Shown here in pieces: positions 10,096 through 25,141 of a stretch of DNA of 64,000 nucleotides. The notes below the pieces were generated by a model. That model had not been told where the DNA came from, did no database searches, and saw only the letters and a program-made list of their open reading frames with translations. The stretch covers positions 256,001 through 320,000 of the forward strand of contig OY968796.1 of assembly GCA_963695545.1 (NCBI GenBank), in the 5' to 3' direction. Numbering within the stretch: position 1 is the stretch's first letter; each line of letters starts with the position of its first letter. This DNA comes from Terriglobia bacterium (lineage in GTDB: Bacteria > Acidobacteriota > Terriglobia > Acidiferrales > UBA7541). Both the position numbers and the translations under genes were made by a program.

Positions 10096-10923
10096 ATGCG
10101 GAAGATATTGCTGGTGGCATTCATATCCGTTCTGTTGGGATTTCCGGCGCTGGCGCAACAGCAACAGGCGCAGCAGCAGCCTCAACAGCAACAGCAGACT
10201 GCGGCCGACCCCACAGGATCTGATCAGCAGGTGTTCATTCCTCCGCCAACGATGGCGCAGAAGGGCGCTTCGGCCAAGCCGGGCCCCGCGCAGACCGGCG
10301 CCACGCCGAACGGCTCGGGCAATGGATCGACCGTCGGCTCGAATGACCGCCTTTTTTTTGCTCTGCCCAACTTCGGAACGGTTGAGAACGCCGAGAACAT
10401 CAAGCCCCTGACAATCAAGCAAAAATTTGATCTCCAGTGGCGAAGCACGTTCGATCCTGTCGAATTTCCTTACGTTGGCCTGCTCGCGGGCATCAGCCAG
10501 GCGACGAACAGCGATCCGGGCTACGGGCAAGGTGCGCTCGGTTACGCCAAGCGATACGGCGCGGCGTTTCTCGACAGTATCGACGAGAATTTCATGGTGG
10601 GCGCGATCTACCCGTCGCTGCTGAGAGAAGATCCCCGATACTATCAAATGGGCAAGGGCGGATTTTTCCGCCGCGCGGGTTATTCGGTCAGCCGGATTTT
10701 CGTGACGCGCACGGATTCCGGAAAAGCTCAGTTTAATTTCTCGGAGATCCTCGGCAGCGCGACTGGAGCGGCTATCGGCACAACGTATCGCGTCGGTAAC
10801 GAGAGAAGTTTTGGCGACGCGGCGTCCGACTGGGGAACGCAGGTCGGATGGGACACCGTAGATAATCTGATGAAAGAATTCTGGCCGGATATCCGGCGTC
10901 AATTTCACCGCAACAACAGTTGA
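10096..10923 (+). CDS. Secreted/membrane hypothetical protein
   Basis: Signal peptide, Gln-rich linker, conserved-looking YGQGALGYAKRYG / EDPRYY / NLMKEFWPD blocks. Confidence 0.75.
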   Translation: MRKILLVAFISVLLGFPALAQQQQAQQQPQQQQQTAADPTGSDQQVFIPPPTMAQKGASAKPGPAQTGATPNGSGNGSTVGSNDRLFFALPNFGTVENAENIKPLTIKQKFDLQWRSTFDPVEFPYVGLLAGISQATNSDPGYGQGALGYAKRYGAAFLDSIDENFMVGAIYPSLLREDPRYYQMGKGGFFRRAGYSVSRIFVTRTDSGKAQFNFSEILGSATGAAIGTTYRVGNERSFGDAASDWGTQVGWDTVDNLMKEFWPDIRRQFHRNNS

Positions 10924-11210
10924 ATAAATCCGCCGCGAAACCGAGAATCGAAGTCGAAACGCTGAGCGAGGGAGATTATCGCGTTCGCGTGATTGAGGGC
11001 GGAAGCGAATCCGCGCACCGCGTCACGCTGAAGGCGGAAGATTTTAAGCGCTTGGCCGGCGGCAAGGTTGCCGCAGAAGAACTCGTGCGGCGATCGTTCG
11101 AGTTTCTTTTGGAACGCGAGCCGAAGGAATCGATTCTCGCTCGCTTTGACCTCTCCGTGATCGCCCGCTACTTTCCCGAATACGAAAACGAAATCGCGCG
11201 CAGGCTGTAG
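10920..11210 (+). CDS. Small conserved hypothetical protein
   Basis: Overlaps upstream stop; SFEFLLEREPKESILARFDLSVIARYFPEYE; start (TTG) uncertain. Confidence 0.75.
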   Translation: MNKSAAKPRIEVETLSEGDYRVRVIEGGSESAHRVTLKAEDFKRLAGGKVAAEELVRRSFEFLLEREPKESILARFDLSVIARYFPEYENEIARRL

Positions 11211-11412
11211 ACCCACTCGCGGCGGAGCGCCGCGCTGCACGAATCCGCGCTGCAGGTCGCAGCCCGTTCCCACTTTTTCGCCGCTTAACTGGCGCCAGCA
11301 ATCTGCCGAGTTGGGACAATCGTTACGAATCGCGTAATCCGCTAATCCAAATCGCTTCCACCGTCGTACTGCTCAGTGTGCGGTCACATCCAAACAGAGA
11401 GGATTAATAAAA

Positions 11413-11991
11413 ATGAAATCACGCTTGCTGGTTGCGGTATGTGCATTGCTGATGCTCGGAGGCGTTGTGGTTGCCGCTCAGAATGACCCGATGGTGGGCG
11501 GTGCGGCGATGTATCCAAGCAAGAACATCATCGAAAATGCGTTGAATTCTGCCGATCACACCACGCTGGTGGCCGCCGTGAAGGCCGCGGGATTGGTGGA
11601 CACGCTCGAAGGCCCCGGCCCGTTCACGGTTTTCGCCCCGACGAACGAGGCGTTTGCAAAGCTGCCCGCCGGCACGGTGGACACTCTTCTGAAGCCGGAG
11701 AATAAGGACACGCTGGTGAAAATTCTAACCTACCACGTGGTCGCAGGGCGCCTGAGCACCGCCGACATTAAGAAAATGATCAAAGACGGCCATGGCAAAG
11801 CGGAACTGAAAACCGTGAGCGGTGGTACCATCACGGCCACCGAAGGCATGGACACGATGGGCAGCATGAACCACATGAGCAGCATCGTGCTGACCGACGA
11901 AAAGGGCGGGACCGCTTCCATCACGATCTCGAACGTCTACCAATCGAACGGCGTCATTCAGGTGATCGATTCGGTTCTCATGCCGAATTAG
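11413..11991 (+). CDS. Fasciclin (FAS1) domain secreted protein
   Basis: GPFTVFAPTNEAF, ILTYHVV, NGVIQVIDSVLMP; RBS GAGGA. Confidence 0.95.
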   Translation: MKSRLLVAVCALLMLGGVVVAAQNDPMVGGAAMYPSKNIIENALNSADHTTLVAAVKAAGLVDTLEGPGPFTVFAPTNEAFAKLPAGTVDTLLKPENKDTLVKILTYHVVAGRLSTADIKKMIKDGHGKAELKTVSGGTITATEGMDTMGSMNHMSSIVLTDEKGGTASITISNVYQSNGVIQVIDSVLMPN

Positions 11992-12009
11992 GTTCTCTGT
12001 CGCAAACGC

Positions 12010-12049
12010 AAACAAGCCGGGCGCGGGTACCCGCGCCTGGCTTGTTTTT
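12010..12049 (+). terminator. Intrinsic terminator after the fasciclin gene
   Basis: AAACAAGCCGGGCGCGGG-TA-CCCGCGCCTGGCTTGTTTTT inverted repeat ending in a T run. Confidence 0.8.
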
Positions 12050-12284
12050 GGAGCGCGCATATTCCGCGATACCTCTCCGCATTCCGTCCTCGCAGAGCAG
12101 TTCCACGCTCCTCGTCAAGCGGGTCATGATGGAAAGGCACAACCGTTTCCCATGAGTACTGGTACGATTTTTCCTGGCGCGCTGCCAAAAATCCAGTTGC
12201 AATCGAATTGGCCTGTGTTACTCTCCTCGGGATATCGGCGAAAAGGAAATTTTCGGAGTCAATATAATTGACGGGGTGGCGTAA

Positions 12285-13016
12285 ATGAAAAAAGGAATCT
12301 TGGCGTTCGCTTTTCTAGCTGTGCTGGGCGTCCCCTTGGCTGCGACAGCGGATCCGATTACAGGCGTCCTGAACGTTACGGGGACGGTTGAGATTTCCTC
12401 AGGCAGCATCGCGTTCGCTAATGACGCGTTCTACATAAACAACCCTGCCACCTCGCAGCAAGGTGGTTTCACCGCTTTGGCGGGAACCCAGGGTATGATC
12501 GACAACATCACGAACCCGCCCGACACAACCGGCGCGCTTGACGTGCCGGACTTTATGACGTTCGACGCCGCTCCCAACATCACCTTTACTTTGACGTACC
12601 TTCTACCGGGAATAGACGGATCAACGGATTGTACATCGCCTATTCCAGCCGCTGGCCAAGTGTGCACGCCAGATCTGCTCGTTCAGTCGCCGTTCGATCT
12701 AGCCAACATGTCCGCCACGAGTTCAATCGCTTCGTTTTCGATTTTGGGAGTTGAAGTCGACAGCCTCACGGGCGACACTGTCCCGGTTACGGGAGTATTC
12801 ACGATCCCACTGTCAGACGAGAGTTTCCAGAAGTTGCTCGCGACCATCGCCGGCGGCGGCACAGTCACGTCCTCCTTCGCCGCGCAATTCTCCACCCCCG
12901 CCGCTCCATCGCCAGCGCCGGAACCCGGCGTCCTGCTGATGCTGGCAATTGGCATGATGGGATTGGTAGGATTGAAATCAGCCCGGTCGACCGCAAGGAA
13001 TTCGACAGAGAGCTGA
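12285..13016 (+). CDS. PEP-CTERM sorting-signal surface protein
   Basis: Signal peptide; C-terminal APEPG + hydrophobic helix + basic residues. Confidence 0.85.
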   Translation: MKKGILAFAFLAVLGVPLAATADPITGVLNVTGTVEISSGSIAFANDAFYINNPATSQQGGFTALAGTQGMIDNITNPPDTTGALDVPDFMTFDAAPNITFTLTYLLPGIDGSTDCTSPIPAAGQVCTPDLLVQSPFDLANMSATSSIASFSILGVEVDSLTGDTVPVTGVFTIPLSDESFQKLLATIAGGGTVTSSFAAQFSTPAAPSPAPEPGVLLMLAIGMMGLVGLKSARSTARNSTES

Positions 13017-13231
13017 TACTTGCTTCCCGCGCGGGTGTTTCGCGGGTGGCTTACTCATTGCGAAGATTTTTTCTTCAGCACGCCCACCGGATAATACTAC
13101 TGACAGTTTTCACTGCGGAGTAACCGACCGCGTCCGTCGGGCTGTGCCCTGAGTAGACCATCGTAGCCCTTCCTTCGCGCAGCAAAGGTTAGGGCTTTTC
13201 CGCTTTGCATTTCACCAGAACGCATTGAAAG

Positions 13232-13308
13232 TGGCGCGGCTGGAGGGATTCGAACCCCCGACCTAACGCTCCGGAGGCGTTCGCTCTATCCATCTGAGCT
13301 ACAGCCGC
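13232..13308 (-). tRNA. tRNA-Arg (anticodon CCG)
   Basis: GCGGCTG/CAGCCGC acceptor stem, TAGCTCAG D arm, CTCCGGA anticodon loop, GGTTCGAATCC T arm, encoded CCA. Confidence 0.97.
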
Positions 13309-13460
13309 GCAGGAAGAACAGCGAGCGTATTCATTCTAAGCTGGTTTTAAAAGAGGTTCAATCCAATCGCGGAGCTGATCGCGATTCTCGCGTCGCATGC
13401 AATCGCGCACGGCACGCGGCTCCGCCACGAAAACCGTGGCGACACGCCCCGCCAATCCCG

Positions 13461-13880
13461 TCAGCTTCCCTGCATCAGCGTCTTGATCTGGTGCGCGAGC
13501 TTTTCAATGCCTTCGGCTTTGTGAATCAAATCGAGCGAGAGCACCTCGGTGGTATCGAGCGAGTCCACTTGCTTTTTCAAATCCTCGGCCATCTGCAAAA
13601 GCGTGGCGGCATCGTGCTCGATATTTTTGCGATCTTCCTTGAGAATTGCGCGCGGGTTTATCGCCGGTGTCGCGTCCGGGTCCGCCTCAGGCACGTCGCC
13701 GGGGAAGGTCCCCGGGAGGGAGCCCGGCGAGCTGGCTCCGCCCATCCCCGGTGAGGATCCCGGTGAATTTCCCGGCGTGCGGCCGTTGGGATATTGGCCC
13801 TGCTGCTGAGCTCGGGCCCAGAGCGGGCTGCTGGCGACGGCGAGCCAGCCTGCGAGAAACACCCTGCGATCGTTGCGCAT
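13461..13880 (-). CDS. Secreted hypothetical protein, possible Tat signal
   Basis: MRNDRRVFLAG twin-arginine-like start after GAAGGAGG; C-terminal helical AEGIEKLAHQIK block. Confidence 0.75.
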   Translation of the reverse strand: MRNDRRVFLAGWLAVASSPLWARAQQQGQYPNGRTPGNSPGSSPGMGGASSPGSLPGTFPGDVPEADPDATPAINPRAILKEDRKNIEHDAATLLQMAEDLKKQVDSLDTTEVLSLDLIHKAEGIEKLAHQIKTLMQGS

Positions 13881-13997
13881 GGGGTTCCGACCTCCTTCGA
13901 GCATCCAAAGGGCTCACGGAGTCCAAAGGGACCGTTCCACAGCTCCCAGCCCGACAGGTTGGGGGCCGGATGCTATAATCGGCGCCTCGCCCATTAT

Positions 13998-14879
13998 ATG
14001 ACTCTACCGGCCGTCAAATGGTTGAATTTCACGCTCGGCAACGGACTGCGCCTGTGCGTGATCGTTCTGCTGGCGTTTGTGCTGAACCGCCTTCTGCGCG
14101 CGTTCACGAGACGCCTGATCAAGGCCGCGGCGCCCGACGACAACTCGCGCACCGCTCAACTCCGCGAGCAGCATACGCGCACCATGGCCGGCGTTATCTA
14201 CAGTGGCGGCAACGCGATCATCCTTTTGCTGGCCGCGCTGACGGCGCTGCCGGAGCTGGGCTTCAGCGTGACGCCGCTGGCGGCGGCCGCGGGACTCGCC
14301 AGCCTGGCCATCGGATTCGCCGCGCAAAATGTGGTGCGCGATTTCATCAACGGCTTTTTCATTGTGGTCGAAGAGCAATTCGTGGTCGGCGACATGATTC
14401 GCAGCGGCAATATCACCGGCCGAGTGGAACACCTCACGCTGCGCCGCACCGTGGTGCGCGATTCGTTCGGCGCGCTGGTGACGATCTCGAATTCCGATCT
14501 CGGCTCGGTGGCAAACCTGAGCCGCGATTGGAGCCAGATATTTGTTGACGTCACGGTGCCCGCCGGCGATTCCATCGACGCCGCGCTGGCGGCTCTCGAT
14601 AAAGTCGCGAGCGCGTTTCGTACCGACGCCGCGTGGTCGGCCGCGCTTCAGGACGGCCCGCGCGTTCTGGGGATCGATTCGCTCACGCCAACGTCCGCCG
14701 TGCTGCGCGTGCAAATCCGCACCGCGCCCAGCCGGCAAGACGACGTCGCGCGCGAATTGCGCCGGCGCATCGTCTCGTACTTCGAGCAGGAACACATTGC
14801 TATCGGCGAAGTGCATCGCGTGGGGCTGCTGAGTGCCGGTTCCGGCCCTCGCGGTGCTGCGCCCGCGGCGAACCAATGA
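13998..14879 (+). CDS. Small-conductance mechanosensitive channel family protein
   Basis: AIGFAAQNVVRDFINGFFI..E.QFVVGD, GRVEHLTLRRT, NLSRDWS; extended -10 TGCTATAAT at 13971-13979. Confidence 0.92.
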   Translation: MTLPAVKWLNFTLGNGLRLCVIVLLAFVLNRLLRAFTRRLIKAAAPDDNSRTAQLREQHTRTMAGVIYSGGNAIILLLAALTALPELGFSVTPLAAAAGLASLAIGFAAQNVVRDFINGFFIVVEEQFVVGDMIRSGNITGRVEHLTLRRTVVRDSFGALVTISNSDLGSVANLSRDWSQIFVDVTVPAGDSIDAALAALDKVASAFRTDAAWSAALQDGPRVLGIDSLTPTSAVLRVQIRTAPSRQDDVARELRRRIVSYFEQEHIAIGEVHRVGLLSAGSGPRGAAPAANQ

Positions 14880-15208
14880 AACTCGAAGACGTTTTGGTGT
14901 CCGTCTGGCGGCAAGCGCTCGAGGAGAACGCGAATTTGGTGGAGCTCGATGGCCGGCGCTTCCCCGTTCGCCGCACCGCGCGCCAGCGGTTGCGCCAAGT
15001 GGATTTCGAGTTCGAGAAAGAAAACCTGCGAGGCCTCGAACAAAATCCCAACACGCGTTCTCGCTGGGCCGAGATGGCTCGCAACGGAACGAAGGTGATG
15101 CAGTTTCTTTCCGGCGGCCGATATCTGGCGAATGTTGCGGCGGGCAAAGTGACGTTCTACGGCAAGGCTGCGTCCGGTCCAAAAAAACAGCCCGCGCGGC
15201 CCGCGTAA
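14876..15208 (+). CDS. Hypothetical protein
   Basis: ATGA overlap with the MscS-family stop; GLEQNPNTRSRWA..A..G.KVMQF block. Confidence 0.75.
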   Translation: MKLEDVLVSVWRQALEENANLVELDGRRFPVRRTARQRLRQVDFEFEKENLRGLEQNPNTRSRWAEMARNGTKVMQFLSGGRYLANVAAGKVTFYGKAASGPKKQPARPA

Positions 15209-15290
15209 CGCCGCGCCATCCCCGGCTGCTCGCAGCAGCGCGAATCCGCGCGCGCGAGCAAAATTCGGATCAGCTAACGATCAAACCGTA

Positions 15291-16234
15291 TCAGCCAACG
15301 CCGGCGTGAATCGGCTGCTTTAAGTCGCTCGGCACGGCGATCTCCACGCGATTGCGACCTCTTTCCTTGGCGCGATAGAGCGCTGCGTCGGCAGCGCGCA
15401 ACAGCGCGGTCGGATCGCTCCCGGGCGCGTCGACGGTTGAAATCGCGCCTACGCTGAGCGTCATCCGCATTTGCCCCGTCGAGGTTTCGATCGGGTCACC
15501 CGCAACCGCCGAAGCCATGCGTACGGCTCGCTCTTCGGCGGCCGCGCGATCGCACCCCGGCAGCAGGATCAGAAATTCTTCGCCACCGTAGCGGCCCACC
15601 AAATCGTAGGCCCGCACCGCTTGTGTAATACGCCGCGCCGTTTCGCGCAGCACGTCGTCGCCGCTCAAGTGGCCGAGCGTGTCGTTCACTATCTTGAAGT
15701 GATCGAGATCCGCCAGCAAAACCGCGAGCGATCCGCCTTCGCGCGCGGTGCGCCACACCTCGCGCTGCAGCAGTTCGAGAATCGCGCCGCGATTCCACAC
15801 GCCGGTCAGCGCATCGTGGCTGGCCTTGAAGCGCAGCACTTCGCGCGCCTTCACCAGATTGTCTTCGAGCTCGAGCACGCGCGTTCCCGCTCGGAGTCGC
15901 GCCCGCAATTCATCGGAATTGAACGGCTTCGTGAGGTAGTCGTCGGCGCCGGATTCCAGACCTTCGACAACGTGCCGCTTGTCGCTTTTCGACGTAAGCA
16001 GCACGACGTACACGTACGCGGCGAGCGGTTCAAGACGCAGCGCGCGGCAAACTTCCGGTCCATCCACCAGCGGCATCATCCAATCGAGAAGCGCCAAACG
16101 AGGCGCGTCGCGCGCGCGCAAAATCTCGAGCGCCGCCTGGCCGTCCGCAGCCGTCACGACGTCGTAACTCCACTTGCGAAGCAGCCGCACCGCCAATTGA
16201 CGCGATACCGCGTCATCGTCGGCCACCAGAATCT

Positions 16235-16238
<4 letters not shown>
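15291..16238 (-). CDS. Response regulator diguanylate cyclase (REC-GGDEF)
   Basis: ILVADDD / LLDWMMP receiver; DLDHFK, RYGGEEF; RAYD I-site. Confidence 0.95.
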
Positions 16239-20695
<4,457 letters not shown>

Positions 20696-20696
20696 G

Positions 20697-21269
20697 CTAG
20701 TTCGTCCCCGCCCCGGGACCCTCGATCACTTCCGACGCCAGTTGCAAAAGATTGGCGCTGACCTTGATCCCCGCGCTTTTCACAGCCCTGTCGTTCACCG
20801 CGATACGCACCTGGTCGCCGTTCCTGGAGAACTGAATCATCCCGCCCCAGCCCAGAAAGCCGTCTGCGTCTCCCACCGTGAGCACGCTCGATCCGCTGAG
20901 AGATGCCAAAACCTGCGCCACCTCCTTCTGTTCTGACGAGCCGATGAAGAGCATTTGGCACGCTCGCAAATCGTCTCGCGGGCGTGTCTCGCGGACCTCA
21001 ATCGCACGGCCGTCCACCGATGTCTCGGACGCGAGGCGAGCCAGTTCGATCCCGAAAGGATTTCTGCCGAGAATGGCGATCACGAACGGAGCCTTGGGGC
21101 TTTGAAACGCGCTGCTGGGCCACACGATGAACCGCGAAAGATTGATCACGCACCCAGCTTCCGCTTGTATCGATTGCTCGGAATCCGAACAGGCGCCCGT
21201 CGGAATCAGGCCGATCGCGACTAGCACGCCCAACACCACGAGCGATCTTCGGATGGACGCGCCACGCAT
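20697..21269 (-). CDS. YfiR-family (DUF4154) periplasmic protein
   Basis: NLSRFIVWP, ILGRNPFG, CQMLFI, VLTVGD, GGMIQF, VSANLLQLA. Confidence 0.9.
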   Translation of the reverse strand: MRGASIRRSLVVLGVLVAIGLIPTGACSDSEQSIQAEAGCVINLSRFIVWPSSAFQSPKAPFVIAILGRNPFGIELARLASETSVDGRAIEVRETRPRDDLRACQMLFIGSSEQKEVAQVLASLSGSSVLTVGDADGFLGWGGMIQFSRNGDQVRIAVNDRAVKSAGIKVSANLLQLASEVIEGPGAGTN

Positions 21270-21289
21270 GGTTCCTCCGCAAATGAAAA

Positions 21290-21305
21290 AGCAGTTTCGC
21301 GGCCA
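21290..21305 (-). promoter_or_regulatory. Candidate sigma54 -24/-12 promoter of the YfiR operon
   Basis: Minus strand TGGCCGCGAAACTGCT: GG-N10-GC spacing. Confidence 0.4.
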
Positions 21306-21539
21306 AACCGCGCACGCACGCGGCTTTCCTAATGCTGTAAGTGTCGCGGGCTAAGTGGTTTCCATCGGTGCGAGCATGAATACCGATCGGTAGAGTACGG
21401 TAGGTGTTTCGAAGCGAACCCGTCTGCGCCACACCGGCACAGCGGTTCGCGTCTTTCGGCCGGCACCGACGCGTTCAGCGTGCGGAAGTTCGACTGAGAG
21501 TTCGAATCGTGGGCTTTTAATCAGGGTCGCGAAAGACGA

Positions 21540-22391
21540 TTAGCGAAGAAGATCTTCGAGTTTTACGCGGCCTTCGGTCTTCGCGTCGCGGTATTTCACG
21601 ATCACGCCGGCCTGCAGCGCAAGTCCCCACTTGCGGCCGACCGGGTGCGTAATTGCGCGCGATCCGGGAACCACGATCGCGCCTTCGGGAATCACCAGCG
21701 GCGCATCGTCGCAGGCCGTATACGTCGCGTCGCGCACAAGATCATAAACCGGCGTCGAAGCATTCAGGATCGTGCCCGTGCCGAGCACCGCGCCGCGCTT
21801 CACCACGGTCCCTTCGTACACGCCGCAATTGCCGCCGACCAGAACTTCATCTTCAATGATCACCGGCAGCGCGCCCACCGGCTCGAGCACGCCGCCCAAC
21901 TGCGAGGCCGCCGAGATGTGACACTTGCGGCCCACCTGCGCGCAACTCCCCACCAGCGCGTGCGAGTCGATCATGGTGTCTTCGCCCACGTACGCGCCGG
22001 CGTTGATGTACATCGGCGCCATGCAGATCACGCCGCGCGCGACGAAGCAACCGTCGCGAATGCTCGAGCCGCCCGGCACGATGCGCACGCCGCTCTCTGT
22101 CGAAAATGCGCGCACCGGGAATGTGGATTTGTCGAAGAACGGCTGCTTGGCGCGATCGATGGACATGTCCATGATTACGCCCATGCGAAATCCCAGCAGA
22201 ATTCCTTTTTTCACCCAAACGTTTACACGCCAGCCCGTCTTCGTTGAAGGATCGGGCTCAGCGGCGCGCGCTTCCCCGCGATTCAATAGATCCTTGAACG
22301 CTTGGAACACGCGGAAGTGCTCGTCGGTATATTTCGACGTCGGATGATCGAACAACGTCTCGATCAGCGGTTCAATTTCGCGCGGCTGCAT
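21540..22391 (-). CDS. dapD: Tetrahydrodipicolinate N-succinyltransferase
   Basis: WRVNVWVKKGILLGFR, VGSCAQVG, GGVLEP, hexapeptide repeats. Confidence 0.96.
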   Translation of the reverse strand: MQPREIEPLIETLFDHPTSKYTDEHFRVFQAFKDLLNRGEARAAEPDPSTKTGWRVNVWVKKGILLGFRMGVIMDMSIDRAKQPFFDKSTFPVRAFSTESGVRIVPGGSSIRDGCFVARGVICMAPMYINAGAYVGEDTMIDSHALVGSCAQVGRKCHISAASQLGGVLEPVGALPVIIEDEVLVGGNCGVYEGTVVKRGAVLGTGTILNASTPVYDLVRDATYTACDDAPLVIPEGAIVVPGSRAITHPVGRKWGLALQAGVIVKYRDAKTEGRVKLEDLLR

Positions 22392-23274
22392 GAACCCTCT
22401 CGACCAATCCGAGCGCCTCGAGCACGGATTGCAGACGCGCCACCGTTTCCGGCTTCGGCGCGACCAGCGGCAATCGCCAAACTGGATCGAGCAATCCCAT
22501 CAATCCCATAGCAGCCTTCACCGGCCCGGGATTGGTTTCGATAAAATTCCCCTCCATCAGCGCGAGCAAGCGCCGATGCAGCGCGCGCGCCGCGACGAAG
22601 TTTCCTTCGTTGCACAGCCGCGCGAGTTGCGTCATCTCCGCCGGCGCTTCGTTTGAGGCCACCGAAATCACGCCGCGCCCGCCCAAGGACATCAGCGGAA
22701 GCGCCATCGCATCGTCGCCGGAGAGGACCACGAAATCCTCCCGTACCGTAGTCAGGATGGCGCCCATCTGCATGATATTGCCGGAGGCCTCCTTGATTCC
22801 GACGATGTTGTCGATCTCGGACAAACGCTTTACTGTCGCGATCTCGATGTTGATGCCCGTCCGGCCCTGGATGCTGTACAGCAGGATCGGCAACGACGCG
22901 CTGGCGGCGATGGCCTTGTAATGCTGGTAGAGCCCTTCTTGCGTCGGCTTGTTGTAATACGGCGAAACGGAGACGATTCCGTCCACGCCCATGGCCGCAA
23001 GGTCTCGCACCAGCGCGACCACTTCGGCGGTGTTGTAGCCGCCGGCGCCCGCCACGATCGGCACCTTGCCCTTAGCTTCTTCGAGCGTGAGCTCGACCAC
23101 GCGCAAATGTTCCTGCCGCGTGAGCGTCGGGCTCTCTCCCGTCGTGCCGCACGGGCAAACGAAATCGATTCCCGCCGCCACTTGCCGGCGAACCAGCGCG
23201 CGCAAGGTCGCCTCGTCGAGCGAACCATCGCGCCTGAACGGTGTGACCAGTGCCGTACCGCATCCTGTAAACAT
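22372..23274 (-). CDS. dapA: 4-hydroxy-tetrahydrodipicolinate synthase
   Basis: GTTGESPTL, PYYNKP, GIKEASG. Confidence 0.97.
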   Translation of the reverse strand: MFTGCGTALVTPFRRDGSLDEATLRALVRRQVAAGIDFVCPCGTTGESPTLTRQEHLRVVELTLEEAKGKVPIVAGAGGYNTAEVVALVRDLAAMGVDGIVSVSPYYNKPTQEGLYQHYKAIAASASLPILLYSIQGRTGINIEIATVKRLSEIDNIVGIKEASGNIMQMGAILTTVREDFVVLSGDDAMALPLMSLGGRGVISVASNEAPAEMTQLARLCNEGNFVAARALHRRLLALMEGNFIETNPGPVKAAMGLMGLLDPVWRLPLVAPKPETVARLQSVLEALGLVERVHAAARN

Positions 23275-23310
23275 CGCCTGCTCCTATCCGAGAATCCCGC
23301 GCGCTTGAAA

Positions 23311-24012
23311 TTAACGCAGCTCGCCCAGGATCTCCTGAAACTCGAATAAACCTTTTTTCCCGATCACCCAGCGCGCCGCCTGCAGCGCTCCCTGCGCGAA
23401 GCCTTCGCGGCTGCGCGCCGTGTGGCGCAGCGTGATGGTGTCGCCCGGTGAATCAAATCCGATTTCGTGCGTGCCGGGAACCGAACCCGCGCGGCTTGCG
23501 GAAAGATCGATCGGCCGCTCATAGCCGTTCTTCTTCATCGTTTCCGCCAGCTTCAGCAGCGTGCCGGATGGCGCATCTTTTTTCTGCGAATGGTGCATTT
23601 CCCAACCCCACGCTTCGTACTCCGAATGCATTCCAAAGCGCTTCGCCGCTTCCGCCACAATTTGCACAAACAAATTCACGCCCACGGAAAAATTTGGTCC
23701 ATACACCACGCCCGCGCCGCTGCGCTCCACCGCCGCGCGCACAGACGGCAATTCGTCATACCAACCGGTCGTTCCGACGACGGTGTTCACGTGAAGCGAC
23801 GCCAGACGCCGAACATTTTCTGCCGCAGTCGCCGGAGACGAAAATTCAATCGCCGCGTCCACGCCGCGCAGATTCTCCGCGGTGATCCCCGCGCCGCCGG
23901 CGTTGTCGTGAATGTCCAGGCGCACGCGCACCTCGAAGCCATGCTGCGGCGCGAGCGCCTCGATCATGCGCCCCATCTTTCCGTATCCGATAATTGCCAA
24001 TCCCGCCGCCAT
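23311..24012 (-). CDS. dapB: 4-hydroxy-tetrahydrodipicolinate reductase
   Basis: GYGKMG, VGTTGW, EMHHSQKKDAPSGT; start MAAGLA. Confidence 0.95.
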   Translation of the reverse strand: MAAGLAIIGYGKMGRMIEALAPQHGFEVRVRLDIHDNAGGAGITAENLRGVDAAIEFSSPATAAENVRRLASLHVNTVVGTTGWYDELPSVRAAVERSGAGVVYGPNFSVGVNLFVQIVAEAAKRFGMHSEYEAWGWEMHHSQKKDAPSGTLLKLAETMKKNGYERPIDLSASRAGSVPGTHEIGFDSPGDTITLRHTARSREGFAQGALQAARWVIGKKGLFEFQEILGELR

Positions 24013-24038
24013 TGCTTTGTCCTCGTCCTCCGAAAATC

Positions 24039-25061
24039 TCAGTCGCCGCCCGCGCCATTCGCCAGCAACCGCTTCACGAGGCGCTCGTACAAACCGACCG
24101 CCTCCGACAACTCGCGCTTCGCCACGCGCTCTTCGTCCGTGTGCGCCACGTGAATGCTGCCGGGACCGATCAAGCACGGCGCGCCCCAACTCCCGCCGAA
24201 TGCCGGAATATCCGTCGCGAACGAAACGACCGACGTCTCAAAACCATCAATCGCGGAAAGCCGCACTGCTGGAATGCATATCACCTCGCGCAGTTCGGCG
24301 CGCCCTTTCACAGCTTCGGCGACGGCTGCGCGCAGCGGCTCGGGATCTCCCACGATGCGAAACAGGATTTCGGCCTGCGCGTGATCGGCCACCACATTTG
24401 GCGCGCGCCCGCCGGAAATCGTTCCGATATTGAGCGTACTGGCGCCGAGCAAAGGATCGTGCGGCAACGGAATTCTGCGAATTTGTTCGAGGGCGTCCAG
24501 AAGCGAATGGATAGCGGAATGGCCGAGCTCCGGATACGCCGAATGCGCCATGCGCCCGTGCGCCACAATTTCAAAACGCAGCGCGCCCTTTGAACCGAGC
24601 ACTAATCGGTTGTCGGTGGGTTCGCCGTTGATCAGGTAACGCGAGCCGCGCGGATTTTGCGCCGCCACGTACGCTCCGGCGCTGTTGCGCTCTTCACCGA
24701 CCACAAATAGCACGCCAAATCCGCGCGTGCCCGCCGCCAGCAAGCGCTCCGCCGCCGAAATCATCGCCGCGATAATTCCCTTCGCGTCGCACGATCCGCG
24801 CCCGCGAACGAATTCGTCGTCTTCGCTCGATGCGAATGTCGGCGGCACGGTATCCATGTGCGTCGATAGCGTTACGCGCGGCTCGCCCCAATGCGCGAAC
24901 ACATTGAAGCGGCCCGGCTCGACATTCATGCGCTCGATTCGCCCGCCATGCGTGGCAGCCAGCGTCGAAAGTTGCGCGAACAGGAACTCGCCCACCGGGC
25001 CTTCGTGGCCGGAGATCGACTCGATGTCCACAAGCGCGCGTGTTAGCTCGAACAGTTGCAT
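24039..25061 (-). CDS. dapE: M20 metallo-hydrolase, probable succinyl-diaminopimelate desuccinylase
   Basis: HMDTV, GRGSCDAKG, GEE, GEPT, AHTDEE; first gene of a lysine-riboswitch dap operon (ArgE-like activity not excluded). Confidence 0.7.
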   Translation of the reverse strand: MQLFELTRALVDIESISGHEGPVGEFLFAQLSTLAATHGGRIERMNVEPGRFNVFAHWGEPRVTLSTHMDTVPPTFASSEDDEFVRGRGSCDAKGIIAAMISAAERLLAAGTRGFGVLFVVGEERNSAGAYVAAQNPRGSRYLINGEPTDNRLVLGSKGALRFEIVAHGRMAHSAYPELGHSAIHSLLDALEQIRRIPLPHDPLLGASTLNIGTISGGRAPNVVADHAQAEILFRIVGDPEPLRAAVAEAVKGRAELREVICIPAVRLSAIDGFETSVVSFATDIPAFGGSWGAPCLIGPGSIHVAHTDEERVAKRELSEAVGLYERLVKRLLANGAGGD

Positions 25062-25141
25062 CGTGTCACTCAGAATCTCAAAACTTTCAGGACGGAGACG
25101 CAGAGAGAAGGAAAACCGCGAGGAAGGCTCGGGTCGTCGCC

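Noticed and set aside
13017..13231. Prophage or island attachment at tRNA-Arg; hairpin AGCCCT/AGGGCT near 13165-13196
   Set aside because: No integrase, no duplicated tRNA 3' end seen, and no recognisable RNA family
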